The notes: generated from the letters alone by a model not told the origin. 64,000 bases of DNA from an uncultured Clostridia bacterium (GCA_944388545.1 CALXJE010000040.1:13938-77937), one strand, 5' to 3'; counted from the stretch's first letter, positions 52,826 through 62,785 are shown. Program-made: numbers and translations.

Positions 52826-54502
52826 TTACTCTCTTTTTGAACCTTTTCTGATAACTACCTGTTTTTCGTCTTCCAAATGTGAGATAGTAGCATGTTTATG
52901 GTAATAATCATAATTGCCTAAGTAATTGGTAAATTTACCATTTTCAAGTTCAACCACTCTGTTTGCTACCTTGTTAATGAAATATCTATCATGAGATACA
53001 AAAAGTACCGTACCATTAAATCTGTTCAAAGCTTCTTCTAAAATCTCACGATTTCTAACATCTAAATGGTTAGTAGGTTCATCTAAAACTAAAAAGTTAA
53101 CATCATTTTGAACAAGTTCTGCAAATTTAAGTCTTACTTTTTCTCCACCAGAAAGGGAAGAAATACGTTTATGAACTTCTTCTCCATAAAAATGAAAAGA
53201 GGCGAGAGTAGAATATGCTTGAGTAAGATTACCTATATAATGTTTCTGAAATTCTTGAAGAATAGTTATATCTTCATTTTCAAAACAAACATTCTGAGGT
53301 AAATAACCAATTTTGACATTACATCCAATAACTGCTTTTCCATCAAATCCATCAAGCTGTCCTAATACAATCTTAAGAACAGTGGATTTACCACACCCAT
53401 TTTTTCCAATAAGGCACACTTTATCCTGATATGCAATTTCCATGCTTGCTCCATCAAGGATAATATTGTCACCATCATAAGAAAAATACAAATCTTCAAG
53501 TATTAATACATCATTTCCAGACCTAGTATCCTGATTAAACTTTAGAGCAATATCCTTCTCAGTTTTAGGCTTTTCAACTTTGTCCATTTCGTCAATACGT
53601 CTTTCAAGCTGTTTTGCAACTCTATATGCTTTTTCGGAACTTTGAGCACCCCAAGATCTATTCTTACGAATAGTTTCTTCCATATCAGCTATTTTTTTCT
53701 GCTGAGTAACATAAGCCTGTTCCAGTGCTTCACGTTCAATAGTTAAAGTTTCAACATACTGAGTATAATTTCCAAAATAAGTCTTAATTTTGTTATTTGC
53801 AATAGCAAATACTTTGTTTATCGTTCTATCCAAGAAATATCTGTCATGTGATACCAATAGCACAGAGCCTGAATATCCTTTGATAAAGTCTTCAAGCCAA
53901 CCAAGAGTTGGAATATCCAAATGATTAGTAGGCTCGTCCAACAGCAAAATATCTGGCTTTTGCAAAAGCATATGCGCAAGACATGCAATAGTCTTCTGTC
54001 CACCACTGAGTGAATTATATTCTTGATCTAATAATTTTATAATCTTAAGGTTTCCTGCCATTTTTTCAATATTTGCTTCAACCTCATATCCGCCCTTATT
54101 AAGAAATAGATCCTGAGTTTTTCCATAAGAATCCATTGCTTTTTCCAGATCCGCCTGTGAAGTAGCAGAATTACCCATAATTTTTTCCAGTTCACGCATT
54201 CTTTTCTGAAGTCTAGCAATATCACCATATGCTGTTCTTAAAAAATCTCGAACACTCATATCTTCTTTCATCGTAGGAGCAATCTGAGTTAAAAAGCCAA
54301 CTGTTGCATCTTTCCTCTTAGATACCGTTCCAGTAGTAGGTTTTTCCTTTCCAGCAATGAGCTTAAAAATTGAACTTTTTCCAGTTCCATTATCTCCAAC
54401 AATAGCAACCTTGTCCCCTCTATTAATCTGAAAAGTTGCACCTTCTAAGATGTTCTTAAATCCATAATTTAATGTAACATTATTTAGTTCTAGGTCTAAC
54501 AT
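52826..54502 (-). CDS. ABC-F family ATPase (two tandem NBDs, no TMD)
   Basis: Two Walker A (GDNGTGKSS, GKNGCGKST), two signature motifs (LSGGQK, LSGGEK). Linker between NBDs. 558 aa. Confidence 0.85.
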   Translation of the reverse strand: MLDLELNNVTLNYGFKNILEGATFQINRGDKVAIVGDNGTGKSSIFKLIAGKEKPTTGTVSKRKDATVGFLTQIAPTMKEDMSVRDFLRTAYGDIARLQKRMRELEKIMGNSATSQADLEKAMDSYGKTQDLFLNKGGYEVEANIEKMAGNLKIIKLLDQEYNSLSGGQKTIACLAHMLLQKPDILLLDEPTNHLDIPTLGWLEDFIKGYSGSVLLVSHDRYFLDRTINKVFAIANNKIKTYFGNYTQYVETLTIEREALEQAYVTQQKKIADMEETIRKNRSWGAQSSEKAYRVAKQLERRIDEMDKVEKPKTEKDIALKFNQDTRSGNDVLILEDLYFSYDGDNIILDGASMEIAYQDKVCLIGKNGCGKSTVLKIVLGQLDGFDGKAVIGCNVKIGYLPQNVCFENEDITILQEFQKHYIGNLTQAYSTLASFHFYGEEVHKRISSLSGGEKVRLKFAELVQNDVNFLVLDEPTNHLDVRNREILEEALNRFNGTVLFVSHDRYFINKVANRVVELENGKFTNYLGNYDYYHKHATISHLEDEKQVVIRKGSKRE

Positions 54503-54524
54503 AGTTAATCCTCCATTCTATAAG

Positions 54525-55412
54525 TTAAACAGTTGTATTTATTTTTGTTGTCATATAACTTAAAGATTCCATAATTAAATTGACGATTGTTGTTCCTGTA
54601 ATTATTGGACCCTCGCAATCCGGATTATACTCTACAAAGTCCATACCAATGATTTTCTTTGAAAATTTAATAATTTTCTTTAAATACTTAATGGTTTCTT
54701 CATATGATGGTCCTCCAGGTTCAGGGCAATTGGTAGCAGGTGCGTAAATAGGATTAAGGAAATCCATATCAAACGTAATATATACATTTTTATCTTTAAG
54801 AAACTCCAAAAGACTATTAATCTCTTCTTCAATCTTATCATATGGTATAACAATGTTTCCCATTTTCCTACTTTCGCATATAGCTGGTTCACAATTCAAG
54901 TTTCCTCTGATTCCAAAATGAATAATTTTTGAAATTTGATTTATTTTACATATTTCATTCATAACAGAACCATGTGGATAGCCTTCAAAGTCATCAATAA
55001 AGTCACTATGAGCATCAAACTGTACTACAAGAATATCATCATAGTCCTTTGCCATTCTTTTTACTGTTTCATACGTAATACTATGGTCTCCTCCAACGAA
55101 AATTGGAGTGCATCCAGCCTGAAAATTCAACCTAAAAATCTTGTTTTCAAGTTCTTCTAAACTAGATGCACATACATTTCCTAAATCATAAGCTCGTGTG
55201 TCTTTTAAAATATATCCCTCTTCTGGACTATAGACTTTAAGAGGAATACTGCTTCCATCAGCATTGGCATATCGAAAAGATAATTCTCTTACCTTATCTG
55301 CCGCCTTTTGTACACCTAAAAGATAATCTGCACTACAATATTTAATACCTATAAAGCAAAAATCATAGGAATTCAAAGGATTTGTTTCCAGTTCAAGAAA
55401 TGTTTTTCTCAT
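54525..55412 (-). CDS. Arginase/agmatinase-family ureohydrolase (amidino/guanidino-hydrolase)
   Basis: Binuclear Mn motifs GGDHSIT, FDAHSD, DMDFLNP, DFVEYNP. Confidence 0.85.
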   Translation of the reverse strand: MRKTFLELETNPLNSYDFCFIGIKYCSADYLLGVQKAADKVRELSFRYANADGSSIPLKVYSPEEGYILKDTRAYDLGNVCASSLEELENKIFRLNFQAGCTPIFVGGDHSITYETVKRMAKDYDDILVVQFDAHSDFIDDFEGYPHGSVMNEICKINQISKIIHFGIRGNLNCEPAICESRKMGNIVIPYDKIEEEINSLLEFLKDKNVYITFDMDFLNPIYAPATNCPEPGGPSYEETIKYLKKIIKFSKKIIGMDFVEYNPDCEGPIITGTTIVNLIMESLSYMTTKINTTV

Positions 55413-56672
55413 TTATCTCTCCTCCTTAAACAATTTAACAATTCTTTTGATTCCATCCATGAACTGATCATAACCTCTTGAAATTGTAACTCTAAAACTT
55501 AAATCTTCCAATGGAAGACCAAATACATTTCCTGGCGTAACTAAAATATTTTCCCTTTCAAGAATGTATACAAAAAGTTCATGAGATGTATATACTCCTT
55601 TTTTATGACATGCGTCTTCTCTAAAAGTGATATATATAATATTTCCTGCATCAGGATATACTACATTCTCTACAACATCACTTTCATAGATAAGATACTT
55701 ATAGGTATCCTCAAAAAGAGTAATTATTTGATTGTGATACTGCTCCTTTTCTGCAATATACTGAAGTGTGTCAGGTGAATTTTCTCCTTTGTCTACATTA
55801 ACTCTTTGAGTCATTTCGACAATTCCAAGTGCTTCAAGGAAAGTTGAATTAGAATAGTTTACTGCTTCTCCAAGTTCCAATAACCATCCAATAAACTTAG
55901 GATCTTTGCAAATAGTCCATCCACAACGCAAATCACCAAGTTGAGGAATATCTTTACTGAATCCTTTTATTTTAACTAATTTCTTATAGTCATGTGCAAG
56001 TTTAAAAATTTGAACTCGCTTATCATTAAACATAGGAGCCTCCTCGAAAATCGCATCATATATAATATAGATGTCTTTTTCAATACAAAACTCCACAATT
56101 TTATTAAGCTCATCATAATCAATAAACTTACATGCAGGATTTGCTGGATTTGTAATTAAGAGAGCAACTGTCTTATCTGTATAAGCACTTACAACATTTT
56201 CAAATGTCAGCTTATAATCATTTAACTTATCCATAAAAACAACTTTTGGAATAATTCCATAGAAAGTTAAACTCTTCATAAGTCCAGCGTATGCAGGTAC
56301 AGGATAAATAATTTCAATATCGTTTGCAAAATTATATTCTCTTGCAATTACCTGTGCAATAAAATTAAGTGCGCCCGTTGTTCCATTTCCTCCAACAATT
56401 ACCTCATCATAGCTTATTTTTTGACCTTCAATGTAAGTTTCATGAATAGCAATCAGTTCTCTTAACCGTTTTTTCCCTCCTGGATAAGAGTATCCCCAAT
56501 CCATATCTTCGTTTGAATCTTCCAAGGTTCTATAAATTTCTTTCCTTATACAGGAAAAAAGTGGAAATGTAAACCAATCAAGATTAGATGCATCCATCAA
56601 GAGTGCATGTCGTTCAAGACCAATGTCAAAATATTGTGACATTGTAAGTTTCTCTTTGTGACTATTACTCAT
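55413..56672 (-). CDS. Class I/II (fold-type I) PLP aminotransferase
   Basis: NPANPAC and KGFSKDIPQLGDLRCGW (PLP-Lys). RBS GGAGG plus ATG 56672. 8-nt overlap with the upstream gene. Confidence 0.8.
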   Translation of the reverse strand: MSNSHKEKLTMSQYFDIGLERHALLMDASNLDWFTFPLFSCIRKEIYRTLEDSNEDMDWGYSYPGGKKRLRELIAIHETYIEGQKISYDEVIVGGNGTTGALNFIAQVIAREYNFANDIEIIYPVPAYAGLMKSLTFYGIIPKVVFMDKLNDYKLTFENVVSAYTDKTVALLITNPANPACKFIDYDELNKIVEFCIEKDIYIIYDAIFEEAPMFNDKRVQIFKLAHDYKKLVKIKGFSKDIPQLGDLRCGWTICKDPKFIGWLLELGEAVNYSNSTFLEALGIVEMTQRVNVDKGENSPDTLQYIAEKEQYHNQIITLFEDTYKYLIYESDVVENVVYPDAGNIIYITFREDACHKKGVYTSHELFVYILERENILVTPGNVFGLPLEDLSFRVTISRGYDQFMDGIKRIVKLFKEER

Positions 56673-57759
56673 GTAAGATACCTCCATTTCTATTTTTACA
56701 TGTAAGTACAGTAACAATAGTAGCATTTCTATTACATTTAATATATTCTTCCGTTGCAGCCATTGCTGAAATTGATGTATAGTCATATTTCGCCATAATT
56801 TCTGGATTCATTAAGATGAAACTATCAATCTGTGAATCATTAACAGAAATAAAAAAGGCTTCATTTCTACTAGCCATATCATAGATCTTCCTGTAATTGA
56901 AGCAAGTATCATTTGAAAGAATTGTTTTTGAACTAGTAGGATTTTCAATAACATATAAATAGCTATCTATCCCCTTTTCAAATCCCTGTTTAATAGGATT
57001 TCCTCCAATAATTTCTACCACTCCAATTTTAGGGATTTTTGATATGATTCCTGCATTGTACATTTCTCTAAATGCCAGATTTTGAGCAATAATATCCATA
57101 CCACTACCACAAGGAATAATAACAGTATCTGGTACTTCTTTCATATCTCTAATAATTTCATAAGCCATAGACCTAAGTCCTAACATATATGAAACATTAG
57201 TATTTAAAAAGCCCCAGAATACCTCCTTGTGTTCAAGTGAATACTCCATAAAGTCTTCATAGCTTTTTACAAAAGTGTCACTATAAAAAACTTCATCTGC
57301 ATTTTTAATTTGTTGTAAACTAAAATCATCAACTCCCCTATGAACAAATACAATAGATTTTATTCCATATTCCTTTGCATAATGAACAATTGAAATTGCA
57401 CCACTACCACAAGACACTACTGCTACTTCTCGCTTTTTGTGCATAATGATTTCGTTCATAAAGTTTTCCATACCACGATCTTTAAAACTTCCTGTTGGAT
57501 TAACAGATTCATCTTTTAAAAAGACATTTTCTGAATACCTAATAATAGGAGTATTCCTAGCCTTATTTTTTGTTTCTTTCTGAACTTTTGGAAGAATTAT
57601 TTTCCTATTTAAAAATTTAATTTCAAATTCAGGAAAATAATCCTTTATAGTCCAAAAGTTAGGAGGAACTAAGTCAAGCTCAATGTCACTATGTCTGTGA
57701 TTAATCTGCTCCATTGGATAAGAAAATTGTTTTTTACAAATTTCACAAACAAGTATCAT
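56665..57759 (-). CDS. Threonine-synthase-like fold-type II PLP enzyme
   Basis: N-terminal CxxC zinc ribbon. FLKDESVNPTGSFKDRG PLP-lysine motif. Confidence 0.8.
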   Translation of the reverse strand: MILVCEICKKQFSYPMEQINHRHSDIELDLVPPNFWTIKDYFPEFEIKFLNRKIILPKVQKETKNKARNTPIIRYSENVFLKDESVNPTGSFKDRGMENFMNEIIMHKKREVAVVSCGSGAISIVHYAKEYGIKSIVFVHRGVDDFSLQQIKNADEVFYSDTFVKSYEDFMEYSLEHKEVFWGFLNTNVSYMLGLRSMAYEIIRDMKEVPDTVIIPCGSGMDIIAQNLAFREMYNAGIISKIPKIGVVEIIGGNPIKQGFEKGIDSYLYVIENPTSSKTILSNDTCFNYRKIYDMASRNEAFFISVNDSQIDSFILMNPEIMAKYDYTSISAMAATEEYIKCNRNATIVTVLTCKNRNGGILHE

Positions 57760-57767
57760 GATAATGC

Positions 57768-58991
57768 TTACTCCTTTCTAAGAATGTCTTGAATACGTCT
57801 GATAATATCTCGAGAATCTCTTATTCTCTTAGTATCCTGCCATAAATTATAACAATGCTGACAATCTTTAACGTTATCTAATTCTTTAACATCATATGTC
57901 ATGTTAAATTGTTTAATAGCATATACAAATTCATTAGTACAATGACTGCAATTACTTGAAGTCATATGTGGGAAAATTTCATTTCTATCAGCAAACCCTG
58001 TTCCCTGACTACCACTTAAAACTTCTTCATCAAAATATCCTCCAAGCCTTATATCTAACTTTTCAAAATTTATCTCATTATAAATTCCATGAATAATATC
58101 TCTTAAACTCCAAAGCCATGGTACTCTATAAAATCCCAGATTATACAGATAATTAGCTAAAGAATTGTCCTGCAAAGATGTTGGTTCAATAGAAACAGCA
58201 TCAAAACCAAATTCCTTAAAACAATCTATCGAAGTTTTTATTGCATCTTCAATTGCTTCAGATTCAGTAAGAAAAATCGGTTTAAAATTGACATATGCTA
58301 GAGCTTTCATTCCAAATTTATGCAAATTTTTAACAGAATCTTCGATTATCCTAGTATCATCAATAGCTTTATGATGACATAGTTCTCTAATTAAAAAATT
58401 AGTAGATTCTACTCCTATTCCAACTTCAACTAACCCATCATAGGCGCTAGAAATAACGCTAAGAATATCATCTGTGACATATTCTGCACGTGATTCAATA
58501 ATAACCTTTTTTACACCTTTGTACTTGTTTAAAGTCTCAAATATATATTTAACGGTTTCTACTGAAATCTCTTCTGGATTTAATAAGCTTCCTAAGTTAT
58601 ATACACAAACAACAGGATAATTATTAAGGTCAAAAGTTGAACCTACATTTTCTACAAAACTTCCATCTAATACAGAATTCCACTGTTCTACATAGTTTTG
58701 ATGTGTAATTTTTTCTGTAAGTGGAGCACCATTCAAATGTGCACACATTGAGCATCCACCATTTGTTTTATAGTGTTGACATCCATTAGATCTTAAAACG
58801 ATCATAACTCTTTCTACTGTTTTTCCTTCATAAAAAAATTTGTTAATCTCTACCTCTGCAATCTTAGTCTTTTCAAATGGTAAGTTTGGAGTATTAGCAC
58901 GCAACTCCTTGATTTTGTTTTCTACTAAACTAGAAGCCTTAGTATAAAAATCACATTCAGTACTTACTTTTTTTTCGCCAAATTTTTTCAT
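57768..58991 (-). CDS. Non-canonical radical-SAM-like enzyme (Cx8CxxC; Elp3/TIGR01212-like core)
   Basis: GCQHYKTNGGCSMC. Core blocks KKVIIESRAEYVTDD and VGIGVESTN...HHK...NLHKFGMKALAYV reminiscent of the radical SAM half-barrel. Extra C-terminal CxxC...CxxC. Confidence 0.5.
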   Translation of the reverse strand: MKKFGEKKVSTECDFYTKASSLVENKIKELRANTPNLPFEKTKIAEVEINKFFYEGKTVERVMIVLRSNGCQHYKTNGGCSMCAHLNGAPLTEKITHQNYVEQWNSVLDGSFVENVGSTFDLNNYPVVCVYNLGSLLNPEEISVETVKYIFETLNKYKGVKKVIIESRAEYVTDDILSVISSAYDGLVEVGIGVESTNFLIRELCHHKAIDDTRIIEDSVKNLHKFGMKALAYVNFKPIFLTESEAIEDAIKTSIDCFKEFGFDAVSIEPTSLQDNSLANYLYNLGFYRVPWLWSLRDIIHGIYNEINFEKLDIRLGGYFDEEVLSGSQGTGFADRNEIFPHMTSSNCSHCTNEFVYAIKQFNMTYDVKELDNVKDCQHCYNLWQDTKRIRDSRDIIRRIQDILRKE

Positions 58992-59145
58992 ACTGTTTAC
59001 CTCCTAACAAAGTATTTGACAATTTCAAACGTGTTTAATTTTAGGTTTGGTTTAGCATACTTTTTTATATAATTATTAACTTTTCAATGTGCTTTTGTCA
59101 AAAGATTTTATATTGAATATTAAGACTTTTCATAGTCCATTTACA

Positions 59146-60501
59146 TTATCCTAATCTAATGACAGATCTGTACTTTGTACCTTGATCATAAGGTAGTTTA
59201 TTCACTTTGTGAACAACAACCTCTGTGGTACGTGGTACTAAGGTATAAATGCTCTCTTTAATAGTAGGAATATCTAATGTATACTTTCCTTCAATTATAT
59301 AAAGATCAAGTTTTCCAATTTTAGTTTGTACAAATTGATATTTAAGTCCATGAACAGGGATATTATAAACTAAAAACCAGTTGTATGCGATATCCATAAA
59401 ACACGATGCCGGTATACTTTCACCAGTGTCAGTTATAATTGAATCCATATTACGACCTTTAACTCCTTCAATTATTCTGCCGTTATCTCCACAAGTACAT
59501 TTCTCATGTGTTGTAATTTTTACTAGATCACCTTGTATATAACGAATTATTGGAGTTGCAGTATTTAGTAAATTTGTACCTACTACAATTCCAATCTCAC
59601 CATTTGGAAGTTTTTTGCCATTTTTATCTACAATTTCAATAAAACATGCATCTTCTTCTAAATGATAATGATGTTTAGGACACTCTAATGCAATTCTTGT
59701 TAATTCTTCACTACTATATTCATCAAGAACATTTACGTCAAGTAATTCTGCAAGCATATTCCTCTGCTTTGCATTTGATTGCTCTGAATGAACAATCACG
59801 AGTTCTACTCCATAATTTGAGAGTTTGACTCCAGTTGATGCTATTTTTTCAAGATAAGTTGGATATGTAGAAATATATCTTGGCTTTGTTTCCATAATAT
59901 ATTTCACAGTTTCTTCGACTTTAGTTGTTGTTGGCAAATAATCTTGCTTATATTTACCACCTACATTGTTCACCCACCAAGGACAAGTGTAAATGTATAA
60001 TATGGTATCTTCAGCACAATACCTACCTCCCGACTGCATGTTAAACTGTCTAATTGTTTGCAACGTGTCCTTATATATTGCCTCTTCTGATACAGCAATC
60101 GTTACAAATTCACCACTTGAACCTGAGCTACGAGTTGAAAGTACAAAGTCATTGACATCTTTAACAATTTCATTCGGAAAACCTTCAATTAATTCCTCTT
60201 TATAAAGATATGGTAACTTAAAAAAATCATCCCATGTTTTTATACTACCTTTAACATATCCCACTTCAGAATATTTTTTTCTATACAATGGAATGTTATC
60301 AAAAGCATAATCAACAAGATAGCTTAATCTTTTGAGTTGCCATTTTCGAATATCTTCCAAAGGTTGATTAAGAAAAGTCATAAGATTGCTTCCAGACTCT
60401 TCTAACTGTTTTTGGAGTTTTTCATCATGAACAGGTAAAGTCATATAGCTTTTGCCTTTTTTTATTAAGTCAATGTACTCATTCTTAGAAATCTTTGCCA
60501 T
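59146..60501 (-). CDS. Phenylacetate-CoA ligase (PaaK)-like adenylate-forming enzyme
   Basis: RBS GGAGGGAGG plus MAKISKNEY. STRSSGSSGEF (P-loop-like AMP motif), YxxxDxxx C-terminal domain. 450 aa. Confidence 0.7.
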   Translation of the reverse strand: MAKISKNEYIDLIKKGKSYMTLPVHDEKLQKQLEESGSNLMTFLNQPLEDIRKWQLKRLSYLVDYAFDNIPLYRKKYSEVGYVKGSIKTWDDFFKLPYLYKEELIEGFPNEIVKDVNDFVLSTRSSGSSGEFVTIAVSEEAIYKDTLQTIRQFNMQSGGRYCAEDTILYIYTCPWWVNNVGGKYKQDYLPTTTKVEETVKYIMETKPRYISTYPTYLEKIASTGVKLSNYGVELVIVHSEQSNAKQRNMLAELLDVNVLDEYSSEELTRIALECPKHHYHLEEDACFIEIVDKNGKKLPNGEIGIVVGTNLLNTATPIIRYIQGDLVKITTHEKCTCGDNGRIIEGVKGRNMDSIITDTGESIPASCFMDIAYNWFLVYNIPVHGLKYQFVQTKIGKLDLYIIEGKYTLDIPTIKESIYTLVPRTTEVVVHKVNKLPYDQGTKYRSVIRLG

Positions 60502-60766
60502 AATTCCTCCCTCCTTAAAAAAATTCATCTACTAATATTGTTTTGACTATCTTTATTTGTAGTATAATTACACTACAAAACATTTACCAAAATAATTAAA
60601 GGCAAATATATTGATAACCGGTAATATTTTATCATTTTATGTTAACAGAGTCAATAGTTTTAATTGTTGTATTAAGTTGTTTTTTCAGTATTTTTAAGTA
60701 TTTAGAGAATATTTTATAAAAAAATAAAGCTTAATTAAAATTAAACCTTATTTTTTATAATCATTA

Positions 60767-61186
60767 TTATACTTTTTTATCTTCTAAATCTTGACTAAAT
60801 CTTAATAAATATCCATTTGGATCCTGTACTAGAAACTCCCTACATCCCATTAAAACATTATCTTTTCTATACCAATGATCTTCCATATCTACAAATATTT
60901 TATAATTTTCTCTCTTGAGTCTATTATATATTTCATCTATATTACTTACATCTATTTGAAAATTAATTCCTACTCCTAGTGGATATTCTAATTTTCCAGT
61001 TCCCCATTTATTACTTTTTTGATCTATTTCTTGTATCATAAGTTGCACATTTTCAAGCTGTAAAAATGCAAATCGATCTTCTTTTCTATCATATACTATA
61101 TTAAATCCAATCAGCTTTACATAAAATTCCAAACTATCATTTAAATCAAAAACGTCAAATTCTGGTAACATTTGATTCCATTTCAT
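60767..61186 (-). CDS. VOC (glyoxalase/bleomycin-resistance/dioxygenase) superfamily protein
   Basis: 139 aa, beta-alpha-beta-beta-beta module pattern. N-terminal FDVFDLNDSLEFYVKLIGF. Confidence 0.7.
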   Translation of the reverse strand: MKWNQMLPEFDVFDLNDSLEFYVKLIGFNIVYDRKEDRFAFLQLENVQLMIQEIDQKSNKWGTGKLEYPLGVGINFQIDVSNIDEIYNRLKRENYKIFVDMEDHWYRKDNVLMGCREFLVQDPNGYLLRFSQDLEDKKV

Positions 61187-61818
61187 TTATATTCCCTCTT
61201 TACACTATTTATAGAAGTATACCATATTAATAATAAAAAGAAAAGATATTAACTATTATTTTTATTTATACACTCTTAAGATATTATTCTTATTCTGATA
61301 ATTTAATCTTTTTATCTAAATTGCTAATATATACATCGTTTGAATAATTAAAAACTAAAAAAGTAATATTTTTAATAATCTCTCTATGTGGCTCTATACA
61401 TGTAAGATCAATTTTTTCAAATTTTCTAATACTACCATTTATAAAAATAGGATTAACTTTAGAAAATGCACATATAAATTCAAGTCGTTGTTTTAGAGAT
61501 TTCTCAAATTGTAATTCTTACTTAATTATTTTAATTTACTTACGCCATCTTTTCGTTTGGATAATTTTAATATTGTTTTTAAGCAACAAAAAATCAACCA
61601 GATTTTATTTTCTGATTGATTTTGTATCTATTCTATAGGTCATTAGTGGGCAGGGAAATCGTATAATCTTTTAACTATTGGTATTAAAGCATTTTTTATT
61701 TTCGCTCGTGCATTTTGCGTGCAAATAAAATACCAACATATAATGTTATATATTGTTAGAAAATTACAAATAATTATAAGTATATTAACTATAAAATTGT
61801 AATTTATAGCTATTCTTA

Positions 61819-62129
61819 TTATAATAAATTTATCCAATTTCTTCTTCCGTACATAATTCTAACAATTTGAATATCCTTATCTTTTATTCTATAAATTATA
61901 ATATAGTTATCTACTATTAATTTTCTTATTTCTAGTTTTCTTATTATGTCGTCATCTATAATTATATATATTTCAGGGTTGTCTTTCAAATCATTTATTT
62001 CTTTTCTTATTTTAGAAATTAATTTTTTTGGCTATTTCTGGTTCCTGTAAATTATATTTAATATATTGCTTTATTCCTATTAAATCTTGTTTAGATTCCT
62101 TTGAATATTCTATATTATACTTTTTCACA
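61819..62129 (-). pseudogene. RelE/ParE-family toxin, frameshifted
   Basis: Frame 1 VKKYNIEYSKESKQDLIGIKQYIKYNLQEPEIAKKINF then stop. Continues in a second frame KIRKEINDLKDNPEIY...RKLIVDNYIIIYRIKDKDIQIVRIMYGRRNW. The shift lies in an A/T homopolymer near 62030. Confidence 0.55.
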
Positions 62130-62143
62130 AATAAACCTTCTTT

Positions 62144-62398
62144 CTATATTTTATCTAGTTCTTCATAAAGTTCTTCTTCAGAAATTTTTTCTCCTTTATC
62201 TAAAGAGTTTATCCCTTTTTCTAATTCTTTGTATAGTATATGCTTATCTGTTAAAAGTTCATATAATTCAATACTCATCACAGCTAAATCCCCTGCACCA
62301 TTTTTTGTAATATATACTGGACTATTAGTTTGATGACAAATCGTAGAAATTTCGTTATAATTGTTTCTTAAATCAGAGTTTGGTCTAATAATTGGCAT
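62144..62398 (-). CDS. Phd/YefM-family type II antitoxin
   Basis: MPIIRPNSDLRNNYNEISTICHQTNSPVYITKNGAGDLAVMSIELYELL. RBS GGAG upstream. Abuts the toxin pseudogene. Confidence 0.7.
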   Translation of the reverse strand: MPIIRPNSDLRNNYNEISTICHQTNSPVYITKNGAGDLAVMSIELYELLTDKHILYKELEKGINSLDKGEKISEEELYEELDKI

Positions 62399-62654
62399 AA
62401 TAAACATCTCCATTAATATTATATACATATATTATCGAAATATTGATATGTAGTCAATATTTTTTATAAATTATTTGAATAAAAAATTACTATTTATTGT
62501 TACTAATATAGTATCATAAAGAAGAATAATTATTAATTCTATGTAAAAACGAAAAAACAATAAAAATGGCAAGTAATTTTGAATATAGTTTAAATAATGA
62601 AAATTGGTGGAGTTAAGTAATATCAATACTTTTAAATAATTTTAGACAAAAATA

Positions 62655-62690
62655 AAAAATGCTAAATTTAGTTAAAAATTCAGCATTTTG
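62655..62690 (-). terminator. Intrinsic terminator after tRNA-Tyr
   Basis: Near-perfect inverted repeat AAAATGCTGAATTTTTAACTAAATTTAGCATTTT followed by a U-run on the minus strand. Confidence 0.5.
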
Positions 62691-62774
62691 GTGGGCAGGG
62701 ATGGATTCGAACCATCGTAGGCGAATGCCAACAGATTTACAGTCTGCCTCCTTTAGCCACTCGGACACCTACCC
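62689..62774 (-). tRNA. tRNA-Tyr (GTA), class II with long variable arm, CCA encoded
   Basis: GGGTAGGTGTCCGAGTGGCTAAAGGAGGCAGACTGTAAATCTGTTGGCATTCGCCTACGATGGTTCGAATCCATCCCTGCCCACCA. Anticodon loop CUGUAAAUC. Confidence 0.9.
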
Positions 62775-62785
62775 AAATAAAAAAA

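Noticed and set aside
61643-61837. 64-aa ORF in the decayed region
   Set aside because: Ile/Asn-rich low-complexity translation of AT-rich DNA with no RBS. Likely non-coding.
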